Assembly (NCBI RefSeq): GCF_000012905.2
Contig: NC_007493.2
Location: 2,190,001-2,222,000, forward strand
Origin: Cereibacter sphaeroides 2.4.1
GTDB lineage: Bacteria > Pseudomonadota > Alphaproteobacteria > Rhodobacterales > Rhodobacteraceae
Direction of reading: 5' to 3'
DNA: 32,000 nt
Shown: positions 21,791 through 30,483 of the stretch, one piece after another
Position numbering within the stretch: the stretch's first letter is position 1
Layout of the letters: each line of letters starts with the position of its first letter
The notes under the pieces: model-generated
The model's database searches: none
What the model was told of the DNA's origin: nothing
What the model saw: the letters and a program-made list of their open reading frames with translations, nothing else
Translations under genes and position numbers: made by a program

Positions 21791-23287
21791 GTGCCCGCGC
21801 CGCTTTCCCGTCCGAGACTGGCCGTAGCCATCGTGGCCCTCGCCGCCATCCTTCTCGCGCTCGTGCAGCTCGAACGGGCGCGGATCGGGATCGAGCGGAT
21901 CCCGCTCGCGGTGGGCGACACCCCGGCCACGCTCTACCGCCTCGAAGGTGACGCAGAGGCGCCGCTCGCCGTCGTGACCCATGGCTTCGGCGGCTCGCGC
22001 CAGATGATGGAGGCGATCTCGCTGACGCTCGCCCGGGCGGGCCTTGCGGTCGTTTCCTTCGACTTCCGCGGTCAGGGGCGGAGCGCGATCCCGATGTCGC
22101 CCGACGCCTTCCCGAACGAGGCGGGATCGAGCGGCACAACCGTCCAGCTCGTGCGCCAGACGCTCGAGGTGGTGGAGGCAGCCCGCGCGCTGCCCGGCAT
22201 CGCGGGGCCTCCGGCGCTGATCGGCCATTCCATGGCGACCGACATCCTCGTGCGCGCCGCAGACCGGCTGCCCGAGGTGGGGCCTGTCGCGCTCATCTCG
22301 GCCTATTCGCGGCAGGTGACGCCCGAGACGCCGGCGCGGCTCCTGATCCTCTCGGGCCAGCGCGAGGGCGGCCTGCGCGAGGTCGCGCTCGAGATGGCGC
22401 GGCAGGTGGCGCCCGACGCGGCCGAAGGCGAGACGGTGCGGGCGGGCGCCGTCGAGCGGCGCGCATCGGTCGCGCCCTATGTGGGCCATGCGGGCGTGCT
22501 CTGGAGCCCCACCACGCTCCGCGAGCTGCGGGACTGGCTCGCGCCCGGACGCGACACGCCGGTGGCGGCGACGGGGCCCTGGATCCTTCTTCTCCTCGGG
22601 GGGATCGTGGCGCTGGTCTGGCCCGCAGCGGCCCTTCTGCCCGCGCGGGGGCGGCCCGGGCCGGACGTGGGGTGGCGCTTCTTCGCCGTCCTCCTGCTCG
22701 CGCCCGCCCTGCCCGCCGCGCTGCTTGCGCTGAACTTCGGTGCGTCGGTGCTGGGGCTTGCGGGGATCGGGCGGATCGCGCTCTTCTTCGGGGTCTGGGG
22801 CGGGGTGCAGCTCGCGCTCCTTGCCCATTACCGTGGGCTCGACCGGCGGATCGACGCGGCGGCGCTGGCGCTCCTCCTCGGCGCAAGCCTCCTCTTCGCG
22901 CTTGCCATGGACCGCTATGCGGCGGCCTTCCTGCCCACGGGACCGCGGGTGCCGCTGATGGCGCTGATGGCCTGCGGCACACTGCCCTTCATGCTGGCGC
23001 ATGCCCATCTGGCACGCGAGGCGGGGATCGCGCGGCGGATCCTCCTCGCCCTCGCCCCGCTGCTGGCTCTGGGCGGCGCCATCGCGGTCGAGCCCGAGCG
23101 GCTCGGCCTCTCCTTCACCGTCCTGCCCGTGTTCCTGCTGTTCCTGCTCGTCTTCGGCAGCATGGGCCGCTGGATCGGCCGTTTCACCGGCCCGATGACC
23201 ATCGGTCTCGGGTTGGGCCTCGTGCTGGCCTGGTCCTTCGCCGCCTCGACACCGCTGTTCGGCGCAGCCTCGCGGCTCGTCTTCTGA
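21791..23287 (+). CDS. Alpha/beta-hydrolase domain fused to a C-terminal polytopic membrane domain (function unknown)
   Basis: The 498-aa product has an N-terminal anchor (LAVAIVALAAILLALV), a hydrolase core (HGFGGSRQMM, nucleophile elbow IGHSMA) and then about 7-8 hydrophobic helices from residue 260 onward. The GTG start at 21791 has only a weak AAAGG upstream, so the start is uncertain. Confidence 0.7.
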   Translation: MPAPLSRPRLAVAIVALAAILLALVQLERARIGIERIPLAVGDTPATLYRLEGDAEAPLAVVTHGFGGSRQMMEAISLTLARAGLAVVSFDFRGQGRSAIPMSPDAFPNEAGSSGTTVQLVRQTLEVVEAARALPGIAGPPALIGHSMATDILVRAADRLPEVGPVALISAYSRQVTPETPARLLILSGQREGGLREVALEMARQVAPDAAEGETVRAGAVERRASVAPYVGHAGVLWSPTTLRELRDWLAPGRDTPVAATGPWILLLLGGIVALVWPAAALLPARGRPGPDVGWRFFAVLLLAPALPAALLALNFGASVLGLAGIGRIALFFGVWGGVQLALLAHYRGLDRRIDAAALALLLGASLLFALAMDRYAAAFLPTGPRVPLMALMACGTLPFMLAHAHLAREAGIARRILLALAPLLALGGAIAVEPERLGLSFTVLPVFLLFLLVFGSMGRWIGRFTGPMTIGLGLGLVLAWSFAASTPLFGAASRLVF

Positions 23288-23417
23288 AGAGCGGAGGCGG
23301 TTCCGAGAACCGGAACAGGTCCGGCATCCGGGAATCCGATCCGTCGCGCCCCGGACGCAGGGTCCGCTCTCAGCCTGCGGGAGGGGATGTCCGCGTTTCC
23401 CGCCTTCAACCCCGACG

Positions 23418-24455
23418 TCAGCCCGCGGGCGCCCAGATCACCTCATCAATCCGCGGCGCGCCGGTGGCCAGCATCACCAGACGGTCGAAGCCCATCGCGA
23501 TGCCGCTTGCCGGCGGCATGAGGGCCAGCGCCTCGAGGAACTCCTCGTCGAGCGGATAGGTCTCGCCATAGACCCGCTCCTTCTCGGCCATCTCGGCCTC
23601 GAAGCGGCGGCGCTGCTCGGCGGGATCGGTGAGCTCGCCGAAGCCGTTGGCGAGCTCCACGCCGCAGGCATAGAGCTCGAACCGCTCGGCCACCCGGGCA
23701 TCGTCGGGCGCACGGCGGGCCAGCGCCGCCTCGGCCGCCGGGTAACGGTCGAGAATGGTGGGGCGCCCTTGGCCCAGGTGCGGCTCGACCTTCTCGACGA
23801 GCACCCGGCTCAGCATGTCCGACCAGCCGTCGTCCGCCCCGGCCGTCAGGCCCGCGTGAGCCATCGCCCGCCGCAGGGCCTCCGCATCGGGCAGGCCCTG
23901 CGCATCGACCGTGGCCAGCAGGTCGATGCCCGCATGGCGCGCGAAGGCCTCGGCCACCGACAGCCGCTCGGGCGCCGCGAAAGGATCGCAGGTCCGGTCG
24001 CGGAAGCGGAGCTTGCGCGCGCCGGCCGCCTCGGCGGCCAGCCGCAGGAAGGCCGCGCAATCGGCCATCAGCACCTCGTAGCCCTCGCCCACCCGATACC
24101 ATTCGAGCATCGTGAATTCCGGCGAATGGAGAACGCCCCGCTCGCGGTTGCGCCAGACATGGGAGAAGGCCGCGATCCGCGTCTCGCCGGCGGCCAGCAG
24201 CTTCTTCATCGCGAATTCGGGCGAGGTATGCAGATACATCCGCCGCCCCTGCCCGTCATTGCCGATGGCTTCGGTGGCAAACCCGTGCAGATGCGCCTCG
24301 TTGCCCGGCGAGACCTGGAGAGCGGCCGGATCGACCTCGACGAACCCCTCGGCCCCGAGCCAGCCGCGGAGCGCGGACTGGATGCGGTTGCGCGCCAGAA
24401 GCAGCGGGCGGCGGTCGGCGTGACGGTGGGGCTGCCACCACGAGGAAGCGGACAT
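23418..24455 (-). CDS. epmA: EF-P lysine aminoacylase (GenX/PoxA, truncated class II LysRS paralogue)
   Basis: The 345-aa product contains LLLARNRIQSALRGWLGAEGFVEVDPAALQ, LHTSPEFAMKKLLAAG, EFTMLEWYR, RFELYACGVELANGFGEL and GIAMGFDRLVML, which are class II aaRS motifs 1-3 without an anticodon domain. It is divergent from efp. Confidence 0.9.
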   Translation of the reverse strand: MSASSWWQPHRHADRRPLLLARNRIQSALRGWLGAEGFVEVDPAALQVSPGNEAHLHGFATEAIGNDGQGRRMYLHTSPEFAMKKLLAAGETRIAAFSHVWRNRERGVLHSPEFTMLEWYRVGEGYEVLMADCAAFLRLAAEAAGARKLRFRDRTCDPFAAPERLSVAEAFARHAGIDLLATVDAQGLPDAEALRRAMAHAGLTAGADDGWSDMLSRVLVEKVEPHLGQGRPTILDRYPAAEAALARRAPDDARVAERFELYACGVELANGFGELTDPAEQRRRFEAEMAEKERVYGETYPLDEEFLEALALMPPASGIAMGFDRLVMLATGAPRIDEVIWAPAG

Positions 24456-24556
24456 TCGGCGGCTTTCGGCTGGAAATTCTGGCGCGGATGGGATAGGCGC
24501 ACGGCCAATGCTGCGCGTTCTACGACGCGCCCCCTCCCATCGCAAGGAAGAGACCC

Positions 24557-25123
24557 GTGAAAGTCATCGCCTCGAGCCTCCGCAAGGGCAATGTCGTCGA
24601 CATCGACGGCCGGCTCTATGTCGTCCTCACCGCCCAGAACTTCCATCCCGGCAAGGGCACGCCGGTGACGCAGGTCGACATGCGGCGGATCTCGGACGGC
24701 ACCAAGGTCTCGGAACGCTGGAAGACCACCGAACAGGTCGAGCGGGCCACGGTGGACGAGCGCGAATACGACTTCCTCTACGAGGACGGCGAGGGCTATC
24801 ACTTCATGGAGCCGGTGAGCTACGATCAGGTCGTGGTCTCGCCCGACGTGGTGGGCGACGGCAAGGTGTTCCTGACCGAAGGGATGCGCGTCTATCTGCA
24901 GACCCACAACGACGTGGCGATCTCGATCGAATTCCCGCAGAAGGTCACGGTCGAGATCACCGAGACCGAGCCTGTGGTGAAGGGCCAGACGGCGTCTTCC
25001 TCCTACAAGCCCGCCATGTGCACCAACGGGCTGCGCGTGATGGTGCCGCCGCATATCTCGGCCGGCACGCGCATCGTCATCAACACCGAAGACCTGAGCT
25101 ACGTCGAGCGCGCGAAGGACTGA
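24557..25123 (+). CDS. efp: Translation elongation factor P
   Basis: The 188-aa product starts (M)[44 protein letters not shown]... and ends ...[12 protein letters not shown]...[21 protein letters not shown]. The GTG start is preceded by AAGGAAGAG. The modifiable Lys lies in the PGKG loop. Confidence 0.95.
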   Translation: MKVIASSLRKGNVVDIDGRLYVVLTAQNFHPGKGTPVTQVDMRRISDGTKVSERWKTTEQVERATVDEREYDFLYEDGEGYHFMEPVSYDQVVVSPDVVGDGKVFLTEGMRVYLQTHNDVAISIEFPQKVTVEITETEPVVKGQTASSSYKPAMCTNGLRVMVPPHISAGTRIVINTEDLSYVERAKD

Positions 25124-25160
25124 TCCTCGCGCCGCTCCGGAGCGCTGTCGCCAAGATGCA

Positions 25161-25188
25161 GAAGGGGCGCCCCGCAGGGCGCCCCTTC
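25161..25188. terminator. Strong hairpin between convergent efp and uxuB-like genes (likely efp terminator, possibly bidirectional)
   Basis: GAAGGGGCGCCC-CGCA-GGGCGCCCCTTC is a perfect 12-bp stem. It lies 38 nt after the efp stop and is followed by CTCATTCC. Confidence 0.65.
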
Positions 25189-25210
25189 CTCATTCCGGGA
25201 GAAGGCTGAA

Positions 25211-26617
25211 TTACGTCCCGGAAATCTCCTCGGCCGCGCGGCGGGCGCCCAGCTGCATCAGCCGGGCATGGGCCGCGGCCACGCCGGGCGCGATCTGCGC
25301 AGCCAGAGCCTCGGGGAAGACGGCGCGGAGGGCAAGGAGCGCCTCCACCCCCTCGGCCGCCCGCGCGCGAAGATCGTCCGCCAGCGGGTCCTTGACCTCG
25401 ATGGGCTGGCCCTTCTCGTCCGTGCCCGAGACGTAGCGCATCCAGCCTGCCACCGCGAGCATCAGCCCCGGCGAGGCGCGCCCCACGGCCGCATTCTCGG
25501 CCAGCGTGCCGAGGATGCGCTGCGGCAGCTTCTGGCTGCCGTCCATGGCGATCTGCCAGGTGCGGTGCCGGATCGCCGGGTTGCGGTAGCGCGCCAGAAG
25601 CTCGTCGGCATAGGAAGCGAGATCCACCCCCGGCGGCGGCGCAAGCGCGGGGATGATCTCCTCGCGCCAGAGATGCTGGACGAAGACTGCAAAGACCGGA
25701 TCGGCCACCGTCTCCGAGATCGTCTCGTGCCCGGCGAGATAGCCGAGATAGGCGAGCGAGGAATGGGTGCCGTTCAGCATCCGGAGCTTCATGTGCTCGA
25801 AAGGAGTCACGTCCCCCACGAGCTGCACGCCCACGGCGCCGAGATCGGGGCGCGCGCCGTCCACGAAATCGTCCTCGACGACCCACTGGCTGAAGGGCTC
25901 GTGCATCACGGGCAGGTTGTCCTCGATGCCCTGCGCCCGGAGCCGCGCGATATCCTCGGGCTTGGTCGCGGGCACGATGCGGTCGACCATGGTCGAGGGG
26001 AAGCGTCCCTCCTCCGCGATCCAGTCGGCGAGCGCGGGATCGAGGCGGCGGGCGAGATCGAGCACCACGCCGCGGACGACGCGCCCGTTCTCGGGGAGGT
26101 TGTCGCAGCAGAGCACGGTGAAGGGCCGAAGCCCCGCCGCCCGCCGCCGCTCCAGCGCGCGGACGATGTAGCCCGGCGCCGAGCGCGGCAGCGTGTCGGC
26201 CATGTCATGGGCGATGTCGGGATGATCGGGGTTCAGCGCGCCTGTTGCCGGATTGTGGCAATAGCCCTTCTCGGTGACGGTCAGGCTCACGATTCTCACG
26301 CCCGGATCGGCCATGGCGGCCAGCACCGCCTCGGGGTCCTCGCGGGCCACCAGCACCTGACGCACGACGTCGATCCGCCGGACGGTCTCGCCCTCCGGCC
26401 CCTGCTCGACCGCGTGATAGGCAAAGCCCTGCGGCGCCAGCGCATCGCGCATCGTGGGCGACTGGAGGCTCACGCCCAGGATACCCCAGTCGCCGCCCGA
26501 GCTCTCCATGGCGCGGGCGACATAGACCGCGCCATGGGCCCGGAAGAAGGCGCCGAGGCCGAGATGGACGATGCCCACGCCGGCGGGGATCGGATCAGCG
26601 GGCAAGCCAGCCTCCAT
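25211..26617 (-). CDS. uxuB: Long-chain mannitol-dehydrogenase-family oxidoreductase, most likely fructuronate reductase (D-mannonate oxidoreductase)
   Basis: The product contains IVHLGLGAFFRAHGAVY, VSLTVTEKGY, CDNLPENG, DRIVP, FEHMKLRMLNGTHS and QKLPQRIL, the UxuB/MtlK-type pattern (not the UxaB type). The start is uncertain. The ATG at 26617 overlaps the kduD end by 23 nt. In-frame ATGs up to 26644 would overlap more. Confidence 0.8.
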   Translation of the reverse strand: MEAGLPADPIPAGVGIVHLGLGAFFRAHGAVYVARAMESSGGDWGILGVSLQSPTMRDALAPQGFAYHAVEQGPEGETVRRIDVVRQVLVAREDPEAVLAAMADPGVRIVSLTVTEKGYCHNPATGALNPDHPDIAHDMADTLPRSAPGYIVRALERRRAAGLRPFTVLCCDNLPENGRVVRGVVLDLARRLDPALADWIAEEGRFPSTMVDRIVPATKPEDIARLRAQGIEDNLPVMHEPFSQWVVEDDFVDGARPDLGAVGVQLVGDVTPFEHMKLRMLNGTHSSLAYLGYLAGHETISETVADPVFAVFVQHLWREEIIPALAPPPGVDLASYADELLARYRNPAIRHRTWQIAMDGSQKLPQRILGTLAENAAVGRASPGLMLAVAGWMRYVSGTDEKGQPIEVKDPLADDLRARAAEGVEALLALRAVFPEALAAQIAPGVAAAHARLMQLGARRAAEEISGT

Positions 26618-27320
26618 CGACATTGAGGATCGCGCCATGGACATAGGCCGCGGCGGGCGAGGCGAGGAAGACCGCGGCGCCCGCGATGTCGTCGGCCTTG
26701 CCCCAGCGCCCGGCCGGGATCCGCTCGAGGATCGCGCGGTTGCGCGCCTCGTCGGCGCGGAGCGCCTCGGTGTTGTTGGTCTCGATATAGCCCGGCGCGA
26801 TGGCGTTCACGTTGATGCCCCTGCCCGCCCATTCGTTGGCGAGCAGCTTCGTGATGCCCGCGACGCCATGTTTGGCGGCCGTGTAGGAGGGCACGCGGAT
26901 GCCGCCCTGAAAGCTGAGGAGCGAGGCGATGTTCACGATCCGCCCGCCCGTTCCACGCGCCAGCGCCGCGCGGCCGAAGGCCTGACAGGTGAAGAAGAGG
27001 GCCTTGAGGTTCACATCCATCACCGCGTCCCAGTCCTCTTCGGTGAACTCCACCGCATCGGCCCGCCGGATGATGCCCGCATTGTTCACGAGGATGTCGA
27101 TGCGCTCGGCCTCGAACACGTCCCGCGCGGCCATCGGATCGGCGAAGTCGAGCCGCAGCTCGCGCCCGCCGGTCATGGCCACCGTCTCGGCGCAGGAGGA
27201 GCGGCCGGCGGCGATCACCTCGGCCCCCGCCCCGGCCAGACCCACCGCGATCGCCTGTCCGATCCCGGTGTTGGCGCCGGTCACCAGCGCGCGCTGCCCC
27301 TCGAGCGAGAAGGAGATCAC
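26595..27320 (-). CDS. kduD: 2-dehydro-3-deoxy-D-gluconate 5-dehydrogenase (SDR family)
   Basis: The 241-aa product contains LVTGANTGIGQAIA, NNAGI, SYTAAKHGV (YxxxK), NAIAPGYIET and GGWLAR. The GTG start at 27320 is preceded by GGAGGA 6 nt upstream and overlaps the kduI stop (GTGA). Confidence 0.9.
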   Translation of the reverse strand: MISFSLEGQRALVTGANTGIGQAIAVGLAGAGAEVIAAGRSSCAETVAMTGGRELRLDFADPMAARDVFEAERIDILVNNAGIIRRADAVEFTEEDWDAVMDVNLKALFFTCQAFGRAALARGTGGRIVNIASLLSFQGGIRVPSYTAAKHGVAGITKLLANEWAGRGINVNAIAPGYIETNNTEALRADEARNRAILERIPAGRWGKADDIAGAAVFLASPAAAYVHGAILNVDGGWLAR

Positions 27321-28141
27321 CGCAGATCCTCCATCGCCACCATCTCGACGTCGCGGTAGTCGACATTGTCGCCCGCCATGGCCCAGACGAAGGTGTAGGA
27401 GCCGGTGCCGCAGCCGCAGTGGATCGACCACGGCGGCGAGACCACGGCCTCCTCGTTCCTCATCACGAGATGCCGCGTCTCGGAGGGTTCACCCATGAAG
27501 TGGAAGACGCGGGCCTCTTCGGCGAGGTCGAAATAGAGATAGGCCTCCATCCGCCGGTCGTGGACATGGGCGGGCATCGTGTTCCAGACCGAGCCGCCGT
27601 GGAACTGGGTATAGCCCACCACGAGCTGGCAGGATTGCATGACCTCGGGGTGGATGAACTGGTTGATGGTGCGCTCGTTGGCGGTCTCGGGCGAGCCGAG
27701 CTTCACCTTCTTCGCATCCTCGAGCTTCACGAGCCGCGCCGGATGGGCGGTATGGGCGGGCGCGGACAGGATGTAGAACCGTCCCTCGCCCGCGAAGGTC
27801 ACGGGGCCCGCGCCCATCGGCAGGTAGAGCACGTCGCCGCGGCCCATCTCCCAGCTCTCGCCGCCCGCCGAGACGGTGCCGGCGGCGCCCACGTTCACCA
27901 CGCCCATCTCGCGCCGGTCGAGGATCGAGGCAGTGCCGGTGGGCTTCACCTCGTCGAGGACGAGCGGCTCGCCCGCGGGCACGGCGCCGCCCACGATCAT
28001 GCGGTCGTAATGGGTGTAGACGAGGCGGATCTCGCCCGAGCGGAAGAGGTCGCCCATATGGAAGGCCTCACGCAGGCCCGCCGTGTCGAGCTGGCGCGCG
28101 GAGACCGGGTCCATTGCGTGACGGATTTCGACATGGGTCAT
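27317..28141 (-). CDS. kduI: 5-dehydro-4-deoxy-D-glucuronate isomerase
   Basis: The 274-aa product contains MTHVEIRHAMDP......YTHYDRMIVGGA, LDRREMGVVN, GGSVWNTMPAHVHDRRMEAYLYF and PPWSIHCGCGT, which are KduI signatures. The ATG at 28141 is preceded by AAAGGA. Confidence 0.9.
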   Translation of the reverse strand: MTHVEIRHAMDPVSARQLDTAGLREAFHMGDLFRSGEIRLVYTHYDRMIVGGAVPAGEPLVLDEVKPTGTASILDRREMGVVNVGAAGTVSAGGESWEMGRGDVLYLPMGAGPVTFAGEGRFYILSAPAHTAHPARLVKLEDAKKVKLGSPETANERTINQFIHPEVMQSCQLVVGYTQFHGGSVWNTMPAHVHDRRMEAYLYFDLAEEARVFHFMGEPSETRHLVMRNEEAVVSPPWSIHCGCGTGSYTFVWAMAGDNVDYRDVEMVAMEDLR

Positions 28142-28282
28142 GAGACAGTCCTTTCTGGGATCGCGCCGCCGCAGGAGATCCCGGGCGACAGGAAGGGGAC
28201 GGCCCCGCAATGCTCCCGACGCCATGCGGAGGGGCCTGCGGGGCCTTTCGGGAACGGGCGCGGGCGTCTCCCGCGCCGCGCG

Positions 28283-28585
28283 TCAGAGGAAGTCGTCGCG
28301 CCGGGGTGCGAAACTGTCGATCAGCGTGCCCGCCTCGAGGCAGCGGCAGCCGTGCTCGATCCCCGACGGGATCATCAGGCTCTCGCCCGGGCCGATCTCG
28401 TGCGTCTCGCCCGCAAGGACGAAGGCGAAGCGGCCGGACTGGACGAAGGTCGATTGCACATGCGGATGGCTGTGCAGCCTGCCCTCGGCGCCTTCCTCGA
28501 AGCGGAAGGCCACCAGCATCAGCGCGGGATCCTGGGCAAGGACCTGACGGGTCACGCCCGGATCGGTGGGAACGACGGAATACAT
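28283..28585 (-). CDS. kdgF: Small single-domain cupin, probable KdgF-type unsaturated-uronate linearising enzyme
   Basis: The 100-aa product contains ...EGAEGRLHSHPHVQSTFVQSGRF.F.L.GE...I.PGES..IPSGIEHG......GTLIDSFAPRRDDFL. The metal-binding H.H.H.Q...H pattern and the LID.F.P.R.DFL tail resemble KdgF as I recall it. Its position between the TRAP genes and kduI fits. The ATG at 28585 has GAGG 5 nt upstream, and a GTG at 28591 is the alternative. Confidence 0.6.
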   Translation of the reverse strand: MYSVVPTDPGVTRQVLAQDPALMLVAFRFEEGAEGRLHSHPHVQSTFVQSGRFAFVLAGETHEIGPGESLMIPSGIEHGCRCLEAGTLIDSFAPRRDDFL

Positions 28586-28592
28586 GGGCACC

Positions 28593-29873
28593 TCAGCGGA
28601 ATTGGGCCGGCAGCCAGAGCGACAGCGCCGGGATGTAGGTCACGAGCAGCAGGACGGCGAGGGCCGCCCCGTAGAAGGGCCAGATGGTGCGCATCGCCGT
28701 CCAGATCGAGATCCGCCCCACGGCGCAGCCCACGAAGAGCACGGCCCCGACGGGCGGCGTGCAGAGGCCGATCCCGAGGTTCAGGATCAGGATGACGCCG
28801 AAATGCACCGGATCCACCCCGAAGGCCTGCGCCACCGGCAGGAAGATCGGCGTCGTGATGACGATCAGCGGCGACATGTCCATGAAGGTGCCGAGCACCA
28901 GGAGCGCCACGTTGATGAGCAGCAGGATCACCAGCGGATTGTCCGACAGCCCCTGCATGAAGGCCACCAGCGCCGTCGGCACCTTGAGATAGGCCAGAAG
29001 CCAGCCGAACGAGGCCGCGCAGCCGATCACGAGCAGCACCATGGCCGTCGTGCGCACCGCGCCGATGGTGGCATGGACGAACTCGGACCACGTGAGAGTG
29101 CGGTAGATCAGGATGGTGACGAGCAGCGCATAGACCACGGCGATGTTGGCGCTTTCCGAGGCGGTGAAGATGCCCGAGCGCACGCCGCCGAAGATCAGCG
29201 CGACGAGGATGAGCCCCGGCACGGCGCTCACGAAGATGGCACCGAGCGCGCGCAGCCCCGGAAAGCGCTCGGTCGGATAGCCGCGGCGGCGGGCCACGAA
29301 ATAGGCCGCCACCATCAGCCCCAGCGCGAGCAGGAGGCCCGGGATGATGCCTGCCGTGAAGAGGTCCGCGATCGAGATCCGGCCGCCCGCGGCGATGGAA
29401 TAGATGATCATGTTGTGCGAGGGCGGGATCATCAGCGCGATGATCGAGCCCACGACGGTCAGGTTCACGGCATAGTCGACGCCGTAGCCGCGGGCCTTCA
29501 TCTGCGGCACCATGAGGCCGCCCACCGCCGAGGCATCCGCCGCGGCCGAGCCCGAGACGCCGCCGAACATGACCGAGGCCACGACGTTCACCTGTCCGAG
29601 CCCGCCCCGGAGGTGGCCGACCAGCGCGCCTGCCAGCGCCACGAGCCGTCGGGCGATGTCGCCCCGCACCATCAGATCGCCCGAATAGATGAAGAAGGGG
29701 ATGGCCATCAGCGCATAGACCGAGACGCCCGAGTTGAGGCGCTGGAACACCACGACCGGCGGCAGGCCCAGATAGAGCACGGTGAGGAAACTCGACACGC
29801 CGAGGCAGAAGGCGACAGGCGTGCCGATCAGGAGAAGGAAGACGAAGCTTCCGAACAGGATGAAGAGCTCCAA
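28593..29873 (-). CDS. TRAP transporter large permease subunit (DctM family)
   Basis: The 426-aa polytopic product starts (M)ELFILFGSFVFLLLIGTPVAFCLG... and contains MFGGVSGSAAADASAVGG and FMDMSPLIVITTPIF. The TTG start at 29873 lies 2 nt after the dctQ TGA. The ORF-track reading continues upstream only because there is no in-frame stop. Confidence 0.9.
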   Translation of the reverse strand: MELFILFGSFVFLLLIGTPVAFCLGVSSFLTVLYLGLPPVVVFQRLNSGVSVYALMAIPFFIYSGDLMVRGDIARRLVALAGALVGHLRGGLGQVNVVASVMFGGVSGSAAADASAVGGLMVPQMKARGYGVDYAVNLTVVGSIIALMIPPSHNMIIYSIAAGGRISIADLFTAGIIPGLLLALGLMVAAYFVARRRGYPTERFPGLRALGAIFVSAVPGLILVALIFGGVRSGIFTASESANIAVVYALLVTILIYRTLTWSEFVHATIGAVRTTAMVLLVIGCAASFGWLLAYLKVPTALVAFMQGLSDNPLVILLLINVALLVLGTFMDMSPLIVITTPIFLPVAQAFGVDPVHFGVILILNLGIGLCTPPVGAVLFVGCAVGRISIWTAMRTIWPFYGAALAVLLLVTYIPALSLWLPAQFR

Positions 29874-29875
29874 CG

Positions 29876-30421
29876 TCAGGCCCCCGTGGTGGTGGTTTCG
29901 GGCTCTTCCGGCGCATCCTCGCCGAAGCGGGCGGTGTGAAGGCCCGCGGCGCGGCGCAGGACGCGCTCGATGGAGAAGAGGACAAGCAGCGTGCCGCCCG
30001 AGATCAGCGGCGCGAATTCGAAGCCGCGGCTGATGCCGAGGCCGGGCATGAGATCGTTGGCGGCCCGCGCGGCGAGCGACCAGCCATACCACGCCATGCC
30101 GAAGCCGAAGGCCGCCACGAAGAAGTCCGAGATCGTGTGCAGCCAGGGCGCGACAGCCTTGGGCAGGAAATAGAGCAGCACGTCGAAGGACAGGTGATAG
30201 CCCTCGCGCACGCCCACGGCCGCGCCGAGGAAGATGAACCAGGCCATGATCATGACCGCGGCCGGTTCCGCCCAGTGCAGGCTGTCGTTCATCACATAGC
30301 GCACGAAAACCTGCGCGAAGACGAAGACCGTCATCAGCACGAGGCCCCCGCCCGCGATCCACAGCGCGATCCGCGCCAGCCCCCCCATGACGAGGGCCAG
30401 TCTCTTCAATCCGTCCTGCAC
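29876..30421 (-). CDS. TRAP transporter small permease subunit (DctQ family)
   Basis: The 181-aa product has four TM helices, and its position between the DctP and DctM genes fits. I take the GTG start at 30421, with an internal ATG 11 codons downstream as the alternative. It has an unusual acidic/Thr-rich C-terminal tail (GEDAPEEPETTTTGA). Confidence 0.8.
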   Translation of the reverse strand: MQDGLKRLALVMGGLARIALWIAGGGLVLMTVFVFAQVFVRYVMNDSLHWAEPAAVMIMAWFIFLGAAVGVREGYHLSFDVLLYFLPKAVAPWLHTISDFFVAAFGFGMAWYGWSLAARAANDLMPGLGISRGFEFAPLISGGTLLVLFSIERVLRRAAGLHTARFGEDAPEEPETTTTGA

Positions 30422-30443
30422 GTTGCACCTCGCCGGAAGAAAC

Positions 30444-30472
30444 GGACCCGCGGCGCCAGGGCATCGCGGGTC
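30444..30472 (-). terminator. Intercistronic hairpin with U-rich tail between dctP and dctQ (partial terminator or mRNA-stabilising element)
   Basis: GGACCCGCG-N12-CGCGGGTCC is a perfect 9-bp stem. On the minus-strand RNA it is followed by GUUUCUUCCGG. It sits in the 62-nt gap after the binding-protein gene. Confidence 0.5.
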
Positions 30473-30483
30473 CGAATGTCAGG

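Noticed and set aside
26618-26644. A longer N-terminus for the uxuB-like gene, starting at 26644, 26638 or 26623.
   Set aside because: These starts would overlap kduD by up to 50 nt. The ATG at 26617 keeps about 14 residues before the IVHLGLGAF dinucleotide fold and has the smallest overlap. The start remains uncertain.
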